From NCBI GenBank assembly GCA_947474435.1, contig CANJII010000008.1, positions 139 to 64,138 of the forward strand: a DNA stretch of 64,000 bases, written 5' to 3'. The stretch is from Chitinophagaceae bacterium. GTDB lineage: Bacteria > Bacteroidota > Bacteroidia > Chitinophagales > UBA10324. Of the stretch, positions 39,095 through 49,127 are shown one piece after another. Under the pieces are notes generated by a model that saw only the letters and a program-made list of their open reading frames with translations, was not told the DNA's origin and did no database searches. Positions within the stretch are counted from its first letter, which is position 1, and every line of letters begins with the position of its first letter. Both the position numbers and the translations under genes were made by a program.

Positions 39095-40363
39095 ATGAAT
39101 CAACCTTCAAAAAATTCCATTGTTCCGATACTCATTCTCGGTGCTTTCTTTTTCATTTTCGGATTTGTAACATGGTTGAATGGAACACTTATTCAATATT
39201 TAAAAATTGCCTGCGAGCTCAATACTTTTCAATCGCTGCTCGTTGCATTTGCTTTTTACATTTCCTATTTTGTAATGGCATTGCCATCGTCATGGGTTTT
39301 GAAACTAACGGGATTTAAAAATGGAATGAGTCTCGGATTATTTATAATGGCATTAGGAGCTATATTATTTATTCCGGCAGCTGAATCCCGCAATTATAAT
39401 TTATTTCTCACCGGTTTATTTATCATCGGAACCGGACTTTCTATTTTGCAAACCGCATCCAATCCATATGTAACCATTGTTGGGCCCATTGAAAGTGCCG
39501 CAAAACGAATAAGTATAATGGGCATTTGTAATAAAGTGGCAGGAGTTATGGCGCCAATAATTTTAGGCGCTATTGTTTTATCAGATGCTGATTCATTGGT
39601 TAAAGAATTACAAACAATGGATGCAATTCAAAAAAATGTTCGTCTTGATGAGCTAGCTTCCCGCGTCGTAATGCCATATTCAATAATGGCTGGAGTGCTG
39701 GCAGTGCTCGGAATATTGGTTCGTTTTTCACCGTTGCCTGAAATTGATGAAGAGAATGAAAGTATTGTTGAAAAAGATAGTTTGAATTTGAATACTAATG
39801 TTTTTCAATTTCCGCATCTTGTATTGGGAGTGATTGCACTTTTCTTTTATGTAGGAGTGGAGGTTTTAGCTGGCGATACAATTGGTAGTTACGGTCAATC
39901 ACAAGGCATTCCGTTATCCGAATCAAAAAACTTTACCGCATTCACTTTATCAGCGATGGTGATTGGATACATCATTGGAATTTTTTCAATTCCTAAGCTT
40001 ATTAAACAATCAACCGCGCTTGCTTATTCCGCAATTATTGGAATTGTTTTCAGCATCATCGCAATAAATACACACGGTTATGTTTCGGTTTTATTTATTG
40101 CATTACTGGGTTTGGCTAATGCACTGATGTGGCCTGCTATCTGGCCATTGGCAATAAGTGGGTTAGGAAAATTTACAAAAACAGGTTCTGCTTTATTGAT
40201 AATGGCAATTGCAGGTGGTGCAACACTTCCATTGTGTTATGGAAAATTAGCTGACATAAATTTCATTGGTCACCAGCAAGCTTATTGGATTTTAGTTCCA
40301 TGTTATTTATTTATTCTGTTTTACAGTACAAAAGGATATAAATTTTCAAAATGGAATAGCTGA
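39095..40363 (+). CDS. MFS sugar transporter (glucose/galactose-FucP family)
   Basis: 422 aa with 12 TM segments. The N-terminal pattern FFIFGFVTWLNG.LI..LK resembles GluP/FucP proteins. Confidence 0.8.
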   Translation: MNQPSKNSIVPILILGAFFFIFGFVTWLNGTLIQYLKIACELNTFQSLLVAFAFYISYFVMALPSSWVLKLTGFKNGMSLGLFIMALGAILFIPAAESRNYNLFLTGLFIIGTGLSILQTASNPYVTIVGPIESAAKRISIMGICNKVAGVMAPIILGAIVLSDADSLVKELQTMDAIQKNVRLDELASRVVMPYSIMAGVLAVLGILVRFSPLPEIDEENESIVEKDSLNLNTNVFQFPHLVLGVIALFFYVGVEVLAGDTIGSYGQSQGIPLSESKNFTAFTLSAMVIGYIIGIFSIPKLIKQSTALAYSAIIGIVFSIIAINTHGYVSVLFIALLGLANALMWPAIWPLAISGLGKFTKTGSALLIMAIAGGATLPLCYGKLADINFIGHQQAYWILVPCYLFILFYSTKGYKFSKWNS

Positions 40364-40434
40364 TTTATCTCATGAGCACTTTGAATGGAAATCTCCCGTA
40401 GTTTGCGTTAGTTTGCAGAAATAAATTATAACGG

Positions 40435-41226
40435 ATGAAAAATTTTTCCCTATTAACAAGTTGTTTGATTGCATTTTGTATCACTTTTTCAAAAGCTCAA
40501 ACTACTGCAATTGATTTTTCTGAAAATGATTGTAATGGAGTTTCTCATCACCTATTCAGCGAATTGGAATCAGGAAAAGTTATCGTTATGGTTTTTGTAA
40601 TGCCATGCTCATCTTGTGTCGGACCGGCTTTAACTTCTTACAACATTGTACAGAGTTTCGAACAAACGAATCCCGGTCAGGTTTTATATTATTTAAGTGA
40701 TGATGTTGGAAATTCCACCTGTTCGCAAATTGATGGTTGGGCTAACAGCAACAGCATTGGAAGTATTCGAAAATCTTTTTCATCAGCGAATATTAACATG
40801 AATGACTATGGAATTGCAGGTATGCCTAAAATAGTTGTTCTGGGTGGTGGAATACAGCATAAAATATATTTTAATGAAAATGATGCGGCGGCTGGAAATT
40901 CAATAAACATTCACGGGGCCATTTCTTTGGCGTTGACAGAAAGCGGAGCCGGAGATCTAAATATTAAAGAAAATAACTTTTCGATTTACATTGACAATGA
41001 TAATTCAACAGTGATTGCAAATTATAATCTTGCACATTCTTCTGACATTCAAATTTCAATTGTCAATTCATTAGGAAATGAAATAAGGACACTGTCAATT
41101 CAAAATCAAAATTCCGGGTTACATACCGAAAATTTTAAATTGGGAAACATGGCTAATGGAATTTATTTTTTAACGATTAAAACCGGTACTGGCATTTTAA
41201 GCAAAAAGTTTTTCTACACAAATTAA
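40435..41226 (+). CDS. T9SS cargo with an N-terminal thioredoxin-like (CxxC) domain
   Basis: 263 aa. Signal peptide ..FCITFSKAQ. GKVIVMVFVMPCSSC resembles the redoxin GK-x-F-x-CxxC layout. The CTD reads IVNSLGNEIRTL...NGIYFLTIKTGTGILSKKFFYTN. Confidence 0.6.
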   Translation: MKNFSLLTSCLIAFCITFSKAQTTAIDFSENDCNGVSHHLFSELESGKVIVMVFVMPCSSCVGPALTSYNIVQSFEQTNPGQVLYYLSDDVGNSTCSQIDGWANSNSIGSIRKSFSSANINMNDYGIAGMPKIVVLGGGIQHKIYFNENDAAAGNSINIHGAISLALTESGAGDLNIKENNFSIYIDNDNSTVIANYNLAHSSDIQISIVNSLGNEIRTLSIQNQNSGLHTENFKLGNMANGIYFLTIKTGTGILSKKFFYTN

Positions 41227-41235
41227 TTTCCGGAA

Positions 41236-42336
41236 ATGAAATTTTTATTTCCTGCATTCCTGTCAATTTTGTTTTTATACAATGGGTTTTCAATTGCTCA
41301 ATCTTGTTGCTCAGGAAGTAGCGGTTGTCCTATAGCCGGCGGAGCTTCTCAGGGAGTTTTAGCTGAAAAACAAGTGGAGATAAACAGCAACTATCAATAC
41401 ATTTATTCCGATAAATTTTTAAACGGAGATACAGCAGATAGAAATTATTTAGACCTATACAAAAGTCAGTATAATTATTTAAGACTGGCTTATGGAATTA
41501 CCGAAAAATTTACATTCTCCATTGAGTCAGGATATTATTTTAATAAAACCCAAGTTGGTTTAAACAAGCGCGACACCATTTCATCGCATGGCATTGGCGA
41601 TTTGATTTTATTTCCTCGATACAATGTTTATCATCATCAAGGAAGTAAAGGAAATTTTGATGCAACAGTTGGAGTAGGAATAAAAATTCCAATAGGTGAT
41701 TATCAAGATTCATTAAATCTTGGTTCATTATCTAATAGCACGGGAATTCCTTATTTTATTCGCAAACCACCTGCACTGCAACCATCAACGGGAGCACAGG
41801 ATTTTATTTTTTATGCTATGATGTTCAAAGGTTTTACAAAATCGAAATTCAGAATGTTTTCCAATTTCATTTACATAAAAAAGGGATGGAATCCGATGGG
41901 AGAGAAGGCAGGTAATTATGCAAGCGCAGGTTTGTTTTTCAGCAAAACAATTTATAAAAACATTGGTGTGATACTTCAGTTTAAAGGCGAACACGCAGGG
42001 CAGTTATCATTAAACCCCGATTTGGAAATGATGGGATTTTATAATTATGATACAAAAGCAACAGGAGGAAATAAATTACTGGCAGTGCCTCAAATCAGTT
42101 ACAGTTATAAATCGCTGAGTGTTTTTGCCTCTTATGAAATTCCAATGTATCAGTTTGTAAATGGAACTCAGATTGCTTCTCACTATCTTTTTACCGGAGG
42201 CATTTCGTATAAATTTTTTCCATTTAAAAAGAAAATTGCCAGCGGCACTTATTACTGCCCCATGCATCATGAACAAAACAGCACATCGCCGGGCAAGTGT
42301 TCGCTTTGCGGAATGGATTATATTTTAATGAAATAA
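41236..42336 (+). CDS. Outer-membrane beta-barrel-like protein with an N-terminal Cys cluster and a C-terminal heavy-metal-binding (YxCPMH...CxxCGM) motif
   Basis: 366 aa. Signal peptide then AQSCCSGSSGCP. The central region has alternating strands. The C terminus YYCPMHHEQNSTSPGKCSLCGMDYILMK matches the HMBD motif seen in CusB-like and Cu-ATPase proteins. Confidence 0.6.
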   Translation: MKFLFPAFLSILFLYNGFSIAQSCCSGSSGCPIAGGASQGVLAEKQVEINSNYQYIYSDKFLNGDTADRNYLDLYKSQYNYLRLAYGITEKFTFSIESGYYFNKTQVGLNKRDTISSHGIGDLILFPRYNVYHHQGSKGNFDATVGVGIKIPIGDYQDSLNLGSLSNSTGIPYFIRKPPALQPSTGAQDFIFYAMMFKGFTKSKFRMFSNFIYIKKGWNPMGEKAGNYASAGLFFSKTIYKNIGVILQFKGEHAGQLSLNPDLEMMGFYNYDTKATGGNKLLAVPQISYSYKSLSVFASYEIPMYQFVNGTQIASHYLFTGGISYKFFPFKKKIASGTYYCPMHHEQNSTSPGKCSLCGMDYILMK

Positions 42337-42452
42337 ACTTTCCGATAAATTTTTGACTGAATTTTAATTTCATATATAGGAAATATAAAATTCTTTACTC
42401 CAAGGTCGAATAAAAATTTGATTAAATAGTTTCTCGGGATATTAGAAAATAA

Positions 42453-43598
42453 TTACTTTTTCATCACCCAAACATCAGCAATACCCTGGCCGCGATAAGT
42501 GCGCATGCTGTCAACAGCTTCCTCCGATGAATTGAATCCGCCTTTGCCAACTCTGAAATAAGAATCCTGCATTAAAACAGTTACATCAATTCCTTTTTTC
42601 TTCATCTGCTCAATAAATAAATCTGTTCTGCTTTGCGATTTTAAGCAAGCGAACACCACAAAATATTTAGTTTCATTTTTTTGAATGGTTGTAAGTGCAT
42701 AGGTAATGGCTGATGCAACAGAAGCACTCATCGCAATATTATTTTCTGAAGAAATAACAGTATCAGTTTTGTAGGAATTTGTATTTGCAGATAAAGAAAC
42801 AGGATCAATCTTTTCAGTTGGTTGAATGGCAGTGGCGTTTGTTGAAGTTGGTGTAGTTGAACCCGGTTGCTGGTAAACAATAATTTGAACCAGGGTATCC
42901 TTTCGGTGCGAAATAGTTTCATTATTTACCTTAGGATTATCTGAATTCTCTTTTACAGCTACCATTGAAGAACTATCAGATTTAAAAATGGAAGTAATAG
43001 AGCTCCAGAAATTTGATTTAGCTAAATGAAAGATTTTAAAATCATTGTTTACATTAATAATTTGTAATCCAATAACAATCAACGCGAGCAACACTCCAAA
43101 ACCAGCCCATCCGAATCGCGAGCGCGATTTCTTTTTTGCAGGTTCGTTAGCCAATTGATGAATAACTTCTTCTCGGCGCATAACTGGTTTTGCCACAAAG
43201 CGGTCGAACCCGAAAGCATTGGTCAGGTAATTATTTTCTTCTGATGATTCAAACAAAAGATTGTGTTCAATATCATAATAGAATTTTCCAACCCCGGTAA
43301 TTATTGCCTGCCCCTTACCTGATAAATCATTTTCGAGTTTCCGCACATACTGATGTATAGTAATAGTTGCGGCATCATAAGTTATACCTGTGTATCTCAC
43401 AATTTCACTCACCAGCAGTCCATCGTTGTGAATCAGACTTTTATTAAACGCCAGTGTTTTATATGGCGGAGAAAAAATGTTTTGAATGGGATGAACTTGA
43501 GCCGATGCGTACTGCGCCATTATTCCACCAAAGTTTGGAACGATGACACAATCGTTTCGATACAGCAATTGTTTAATATAGGGTGCGAGGTCAGTCAT
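42453..43598 (-). CDS. HU-like (CCDC81-type) N-terminal domain / TM / C-terminal SPOR domain protein
   Basis: 381 aa. N-terminal ..LLYRNDCVIVPNFGGIMAQY.., a central TM (FGWAGFGVLLALIVIGLQII), and a SPOR-like end YFVVFACLKSQ...YFRVGKGGFNSSEEA. Confidence 0.7.
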   Translation of the reverse strand: MTDLAPYIKQLLYRNDCVIVPNFGGIMAQYASAQVHPIQNIFSPPYKTLAFNKSLIHNDGLLVSEIVRYTGITYDAATITIHQYVRKLENDLSGKGQAIITGVGKFYYDIEHNLLFESSEENNYLTNAFGFDRFVAKPVMRREEVIHQLANEPAKKKSRSRFGWAGFGVLLALIVIGLQIINVNNDFKIFHLAKSNFWSSITSIFKSDSSSMVAVKENSDNPKVNNETISHRKDTLVQIIVYQQPGSTTPTSTNATAIQPTEKIDPVSLSANTNSYKTDTVISSENNIAMSASVASAITYALTTIQKNETKYFVVFACLKSQSRTDLFIEQMKKKGIDVTVLMQDSYFRVGKGGFNSSEEAVDSMRTYRGQGIADVWVMKK

Positions 43599-43708
43599 TT
43601 GTTAATCGAAGCCAAACTTAATTGAAATTTTTAATGAAATCTTTTCAATTATTTAAGCAACCAAAAATTCAGCCCGGTGGAAATACTTTTTCCACCCGAT
43701 ATAAACAA

Positions 43709-45322
43709 CTAAAACTTCAATATCAAGCCACCCATCAAACCAAAACCATAGCCGGGGTAATTGTACCAACGATTATAAGCTGTTGCAGTAATGTTATTGA
43801 ACTGAACAAATGCGGCAAAATTTTTCTTGTAGTTATAAATCAATCCGAGGTTCACATCAACATAACCTTTGTTGTAAGAAGTTACATCCACCGAATCAAC
43901 AGTGAAATGATATGGAGTTTTGTTCGCCATGTAAACCGATGCATTGATCAATATTTTTTTCTGAATGTTATATTCTGCTTTCAACGAAATTTTTTGAGTG
44001 GGCAAACCAAAAGCGGGAGCACCAAAATCCAGCGTGTAAGTGTTGTAATCACCAGTCAGTAAAATATTTAATCGCTCTGATTCTTTGTACCCCAATTCAC
44101 CATGAACATTAAACACATTTGCATCTTCGGCAAACGAAACATTGTAACGGGTAATGAAATTTGTATCCGGATTGTACAAGGCTAAATGGTCAACAATCTG
44201 ATCGGCAATGCGAATCATAAATGAAAAATGATTTCCTACGCTTCCTTTTATTCCACCATGAATATCAATTAATGATGAATAAGCAATAGGCGAAATATCA
44301 TTCATGAATGGGTTTTCAGTGGATAGTGTTTTAAAATTGTTTTTATTTATCTCGCCGCGTATTCCGGCAAACGGTACCACATATTCTCCAATGAGATTGT
44401 AATGCGCTTCAATATCAGGTAAAAAATAAACGGATGAATCAGTTGGTGTAACATCAAAGCCCGCATGTAAACTCCATTTATCCTGCTTGATGAAATACAT
44501 GGGTTTGATGTGTATAATGGAATTAAATGAACTTACCGAATCTTCATTGTACTGATTGATGTCAGCACCGATGTATAAACTTCCGTTATGCATTTTATTT
44601 ATTGTTTTTCCCAATAACAAACCCGGAGCAATGTGCCATTCGTTTCCACCGGTGCGATTCCAGTAATAATAATAATCGGTACTGAAATTATAAGCCCAAT
44701 TGTTTTTAGTTGCTTTTGTATTGGCAAATTCAAATGAGGCATTAACATTCTGAAAACTTTGTTTCAATTCTTTCTTTACAAAATCCATTAAAGTGTTATG
44801 ATCGTATCCATAAAAATACCGAACAGTTCCATCGTAACCGGCCTTCAGGTTGAAGGCATTTTTCTTAAAAAACTTTTTGTAATAAGTCTGAATCGTATTG
44901 TCAGAAAAATTTTGATAATCGAGCGAACCACAGCCGCCATGATGCATGGCAAAAATACCTGCATCGCGTTTTTCGCTCACGCCTGTATTCAGATTCAATG
45001 AAAAGAATGTAGAAAGTTGTGTTCCAAATCCGGCTTTCAGGTAATTATCCTGTGTTGCTTCATGAGTTTCTTTCACCATTGCCACCGGATGAATATCCGC
45101 AGGAACAAACGGAAGATTCAACAACTTAGGTTGCAGATTATACGAAGGCACAACCTTGCTTGAATCTGCAGGAATCAATTTTGGCGACACATCAATCTTC
45201 ACCGCATCGGCAAGCAATGGTTTGTAATCAGTCACCACATCCAAACTCATTCCCGGTAAATCTTTTTGTGCGAAACAAAAGGAGGGAAGCAGAGTCAGAA
45301 TTATAAATATTCTCTTTATCAT
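43709..45322 (-). CDS. Putative porin / outer-membrane beta-barrel (Bacteroidota 'putative porin' family-like)
   Basis: 537 aa. Signal peptide MIKRIFIILTLLPSFCFAQ. Y/G/N-rich strands and a terminal ..GGLILKF aromatic residue. Confidence 0.55.
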   Translation of the reverse strand: MIKRIFIILTLLPSFCFAQKDLPGMSLDVVTDYKPLLADAVKIDVSPKLIPADSSKVVPSYNLQPKLLNLPFVPADIHPVAMVKETHEATQDNYLKAGFGTQLSTFFSLNLNTGVSEKRDAGIFAMHHGGCGSLDYQNFSDNTIQTYYKKFFKKNAFNLKAGYDGTVRYFYGYDHNTLMDFVKKELKQSFQNVNASFEFANTKATKNNWAYNFSTDYYYYWNRTGGNEWHIAPGLLLGKTINKMHNGSLYIGADINQYNEDSVSSFNSIIHIKPMYFIKQDKWSLHAGFDVTPTDSSVYFLPDIEAHYNLIGEYVVPFAGIRGEINKNNFKTLSTENPFMNDISPIAYSSLIDIHGGIKGSVGNHFSFMIRIADQIVDHLALYNPDTNFITRYNVSFAEDANVFNVHGELGYKESERLNILLTGDYNTYTLDFGAPAFGLPTQKISLKAEYNIQKKILINASVYMANKTPYHFTVDSVDVTSYNKGYVDVNLGLIYNYKKNFAAFVQFNNITATAYNRWYNYPGYGFGLMGGLILKF

Positions 45323-45381
45323 TTTTATTGAATGTATTTACTCATTAATTATTTTTTTCAATGGCATTCGTGAATGCTTCG

Positions 45382-45404
45382 CATTTCATTATCAAATTAT
45401 CAAA
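45382..45404. repeat. Copy A of a dispersed 23-nt post-stop motif
   Basis: CATTTCATTATCAAATTATCAAA lies immediately 3' of the TPR gene stop (minus strand). It matches 57836-57858 with one mismatch. Confidence 0.8.
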
Positions 45405-48400
45405 TTAATGTTGCTCCAAAGTGTCCATCTGAAAGGAATGCTCCACTGAATCCTGCATCACTTTAGATTGTTCATTTTCTTTCTCAGTCACTTTTGCCAA
45501 TTTCGTTTTTGCTTCCGGAAGTATGTCATCATCCGCTTTGTAATTATCTATTATACTTTGAAAAGTTGCTTTTGCATTGAACAAATCATTCTGCGAAAAG
45601 AAAATATCTCCGAGCAATAAATAACTTTTCCCAATCCAGTAATTGTAGGATGGCTTTTGTTCTATGACCTTGTAACACTGCTTTTCCGCTGCATCCATTT
45701 TATTTTCATTGAAATAAATTAATGCAATACTGTAAAGAGCTTCAGCTCCGGTGGTTGAATTATTTCCCTTTAAAACTTTTGTAAATAACTCTTCAGCTTT
45801 CGGGTAATCTTTATTAATCATAGCAACTTTCGCCGAATAATAATTGGCTTCAGTTACATCTTCAGCGGGTGAAGAAGTGTGGCCAATAATTTTTTCAGCC
45901 GCATCAGAAGTTTTTTTCCAGTCGCTCATTTTCCAGGCTGAAAGCATCATGCCTTTAAGTGCTTCCGATAAATTTTCTTTGTAGTCAGCCGACAAACTCA
46001 GCAACTGATAATATTCATAAGCCTTCGGATAATTAATGGTGACTGTATAATAAATCCGTGCGCTCTGCAGAATGGCGCGCTCTTTATAATTGCCTGAAGT
46101 TTTTTCCGCCACATAAGTGTAATCATCTAACGCGTGTTCGAAATCTTTGTTCTGCGATAAACATTCCGCGCGATAGTAATGTGCTTGCGTGGCGAATGGG
46201 CCAGTAGGATAAGTATTCAGATAGTCAGTGAAGCCCTGCAATGCTTTATCATAATCACCTGTACTGAAATTTTGTTCAGCAGCTAAGTACACCACCGAAT
46301 CTTTTGTGGCGATGGTGATTTTTGCGCCAGGAATTTCATCTAAAAAATCATCGTACCCTTTTGAATCACCTGTGTTGATGAATACCTGCTTGGCTGTATT
46401 CATTGCTTCCTTGCTCTCTTGCGTGTTCGGGAAATTGACAGCAACAAACTTGAATTCATTCACTGCATTTTCAGTGTGATTGGTGTTGAAATAAATTAAT
46501 CCAAGTTTCAGATGCGCTTTCTTTTGATACGAACTATTCGGAAAATCATTCAACACTCTGTTGAAAGTTAAAATGGCATTATCATAATCGGCTGTCTGGA
46601 AATAAGTGTTCGCTGTTTCGAACAACGCATCATCTAGATAAATACTGAAAGGCATTTCGTTATTTATCCTTTGCAATAATTTTATTTTATCAGCAGGGCG
46701 GTTTTGCAAACCTGCAATCATTGCCAATTGAAACAATGCATAATCTTCGTTTCCCGATTTGTTATCAATTACAAACTGAAAATCCTTGTTGGCAGTTTCG
46801 TAATCTTTATTTACGAAATTGCAATCACCACTGCGCAGGTATAAATCGTTGGATATTTTTTGCAACGATAATTTATCAAGCGTGGTTGTTTTCAATTCAT
46901 CTTTAGCCTGGGTAAAATAAGTGCGAGCCATCAGGTAGTTCGTTTGCTTCACATACGCATATCCCAAACCATACTTTGCGAGAAGGGGAGAAGCACCTGA
47001 ATTTCCATTGCCGAAATTCTTTTGCAGTTCTAAGTATTTTGAATAATCGGTCACAGCATCTTTATAATTTTTAGTGTCAGTCGCAATTTCTCCTTTCCAG
47101 AAATAACAATCAGCTTCAATGTTGTGGTCAATTGGATTCTTGAGTGATTCATCTAAAGTTTTATCGGCTTCAACATAATTTTTATCAGCGCTCAATTGCA
47201 TCGCACGGTTAAAAGCAATTCGCTGATATGATTTGCGAATACTCGGACTGAACCCATCCAGTTCACGAATAATTTCTAAAGCGCCCTTGTAATTATTAGT
47301 TCCGGCAAGCAATGAAACCAGACTTTCTTTTGCATCAGCATTGAATTTACTTTTAGGATAATCATTTATAAAATCTTGAAACGCTTTGCTCGCCACATCC
47401 TGAAAACCCAACTCCCACGATAGTTGTGCGTAGTTGTAGGTCGCCTGTTCTTTCACATTTTTATCAAAATTCATTTTCGATGCATTCAATAAAGCATTAC
47501 GCGCATCACTCTTTTTATTTTTTTTCAGATAACAATCAGCAAGCAAAAACAAACTGTTTTGTCCGAGAGAATCTTTCAATCCGGTTAGCGCGAGAAAGTG
47601 AACCATCGCCTCATCGTACTTTTTTGTTTTGTATTCGCAGTAAGCAATCTGATACACATCACTCTTTAAATTCTGAGCGGTCTTGTTATAATAATCTTTC
47701 AGATAAGGCAGCGCAGTTGCAAATTCTCCGGTATTGAAATACGATTTGCCAATGAGCTGTCGCATTTCATTCGTGTATTTTAAGTCTGTTCGCTCCAGCA
47801 ACGGAACTGCATACAACAGTACTTCTTCATATTCGCCTTTTAAAAATTCTATCTGTGTGATGTAGTACGGCACAATAGGTGAATACAATTTGCTTTCCTT
47901 AATTAAATTGAAACTGCTGAGCGCCGCTTCATACTTTTTTTGAGTATAGGTAATGTAACCGTAATAATAATTTGCAGGATAGTAATACTTGTTCTGAATG
48001 GTTTTCACCTGCTCGAAATACGGAAGCGCTTCAGCAAATTTTTGTTTATAGAAATAACTGTATCCAATTTGAAAACGAAACTCATTTGTTTGCTCAGAAC
48101 TTAAGTCATACACATCAACCTGTTTAAAAAAACCAAGTGCCTTGTCATATTTTTTATTTCCATAATAAATAGTTCCTAAATGATAATACGCCAATCGTGT
48201 TACAGGATTCTCACCATAATCAGCCAGCAACTGAACAAAAAATTGTTCGGCTTGTGGCAGCATTAATTCCTTGCTGCTGAGTGCACGGTAATACTTTGCA
48301 TTCATCACCACATTTTCGGGTGCATTCGTTTTGTGTTCGTACAGATTTATAATTTCATCGAACCGCTTGAATGCCGCACCGTATTTTTCCTGTTCAAATA

Positions 48401-48515
48401 ATTCAACTCCTTTTTTATAATCAGCAGCGGGATCGCTGTAGTAAGCGGTTTTTTGGGCAAAGGTTTCAGCCGACAACAGCAGGCATAAACCAATAATTAA
48501 ATTTCTTTTCAGCAT
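45405..48515 (-). CDS. Large tetratricopeptide-repeat (TPR) protein, secreted
   Basis: 1036 aa. Signal peptide MLKRNLIIGLCLLLSAETFAQ, then dozens of A/Y/L-patterned 34-aa repeats. Confidence 0.85.
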   Translation of the reverse strand: MLKRNLIIGLCLLLSAETFAQKTAYYSDPAADYKKGVELFEQEKYGAAFKRFDEIINLYEHKTNAPENVVMNAKYYRALSSKELMLPQAEQFFVQLLADYGENPVTRLAYYHLGTIYYGNKKYDKALGFFKQVDVYDLSSEQTNEFRFQIGYSYFYKQKFAEALPYFEQVKTIQNKYYYPANYYYGYITYTQKKYEAALSSFNLIKESKLYSPIVPYYITQIEFLKGEYEEVLLYAVPLLERTDLKYTNEMRQLIGKSYFNTGEFATALPYLKDYYNKTAQNLKSDVYQIAYCEYKTKKYDEAMVHFLALTGLKDSLGQNSLFLLADCYLKKNKKSDARNALLNASKMNFDKNVKEQATYNYAQLSWELGFQDVASKAFQDFINDYPKSKFNADAKESLVSLLAGTNNYKGALEIIRELDGFSPSIRKSYQRIAFNRAMQLSADKNYVEADKTLDESLKNPIDHNIEADCYFWKGEIATDTKNYKDAVTDYSKYLELQKNFGNGNSGASPLLAKYGLGYAYVKQTNYLMARTYFTQAKDELKTTTLDKLSLQKISNDLYLRSGDCNFVNKDYETANKDFQFVIDNKSGNEDYALFQLAMIAGLQNRPADKIKLLQRINNEMPFSIYLDDALFETANTYFQTADYDNAILTFNRVLNDFPNSSYQKKAHLKLGLIYFNTNHTENAVNEFKFVAVNFPNTQESKEAMNTAKQVFINTGDSKGYDDFLDEIPGAKITIATKDSVVYLAAEQNFSTGDYDKALQGFTDYLNTYPTGPFATQAHYYRAECLSQNKDFEHALDDYTYVAEKTSGNYKERAILQSARIYYTVTINYPKAYEYYQLLSLSADYKENLSEALKGMMLSAWKMSDWKKTSDAAEKIIGHTSSPAEDVTEANYYSAKVAMINKDYPKAEELFTKVLKGNNSTTGAEALYSIALIYFNENKMDAAEKQCYKVIEQKPSYNYWIGKSYLLLGDIFFSQNDLFNAKATFQSIIDNYKADDDILPEAKTKLAKVTEKENEQSKVMQDSVEHSFQMDTLEQH

Positions 48516-48698
48516 GATTTTTTGGTGGAAGCAAATATCAAAACGAACAACAGCAGAATTAATTATAGTATTCCACAGATTTTATGAATATGGTGTTGAG
48601 AATAGGCAGTATTTTATTGAGTGGAAATTGGAAGTCAGATAGCTTTTAATTTTAAAAAAATAAAAATCAGATTAGTTTTACTTTCTAAAAAAAACAGA

Positions 48699-49073
48699 AT
48701 GGCAAAAAATATTTTCATTGTTGATGACGATAAATTCTTTGGTGAAATGTTAAAGGAACATCTGAATAAAAAAGGAGGAAGAAATGTTTCTGTTTTTTTA
48801 ACAGGCGAAGATTGTGTAAACAATTTGGATGAAGGTCCGAATCTGGTTATCCTTGATTACAATTTAGACAGTGTAAATAAAGATGCTGCCAACGGTTTGA
48901 AAATTCTTCAGCTCATCAGAAAAAAAAATCAATTGCTGCCAGTTGTAATGCTTTCTAATCAGGACCAATACAGTATTGCCTTGCAAACTATTCAAAAAGG
49001 TGCTGAACAATATGTAATTAAAGATGAAGAGGCTTTTGAAAATATTGATAGGATTTTATCTGATATTCTATAG
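48699..49073 (+). CDS. Single-domain response regulator (CheY-like receiver)
   Basis: Trimmed to the ATG at 48699 (MAKNIFIVDDD). The phospho-acceptor D lies in LVILDYNL, S in VMLSNQ and K in YVIKD. Confidence 0.85.
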   Translation: MAKNIFIVDDDKFFGEMLKEHLNKKGGRNVSVFLTGEDCVNNLDEGPNLVILDYNLDSVNKDAANGLKILQLIRKKNQLLPVVMLSNQDQYSIALQTIQKGAEQYVIKDEEAFENIDRILSDIL

Positions 49074-49127
49074 GCATAATTTTAAAATTTTTTTTCAAAA
49101 TAATTTTCATTACGAAATTCAAATTTC

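Noticed and set aside
39058-39318. 86-aa ORF overlapping the start of the MFS transporter
   Set aside because: It is an alternative frame of the transporter 5' region. The transporter frame carries the conserved FucP/GluP-type N terminus.
43622-44062. 146-aa plus-strand ORF and many other 60-150-aa track ORFs (e.g. 1580-1789, 4425-4676, 8663-9031, 19644-20054, 21250-21588, 37040-37498, 51712-52035, 55337-55606)
   Set aside because: All lie antisense to, or out of frame within, longer ORFs with clear family signatures. They have skewed, low-complexity composition and no independent support.
45405-48515. Identification of the 1036-aa TPR protein as the T9SS component PorW/SprE
   Set aside because: PorW/SprE is a lipoprotein. 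This protein has an SPase-I type signal (..SAETFA|Q) with no lipobox Cys at the cleavage site, and I cannot verify homology without a search.
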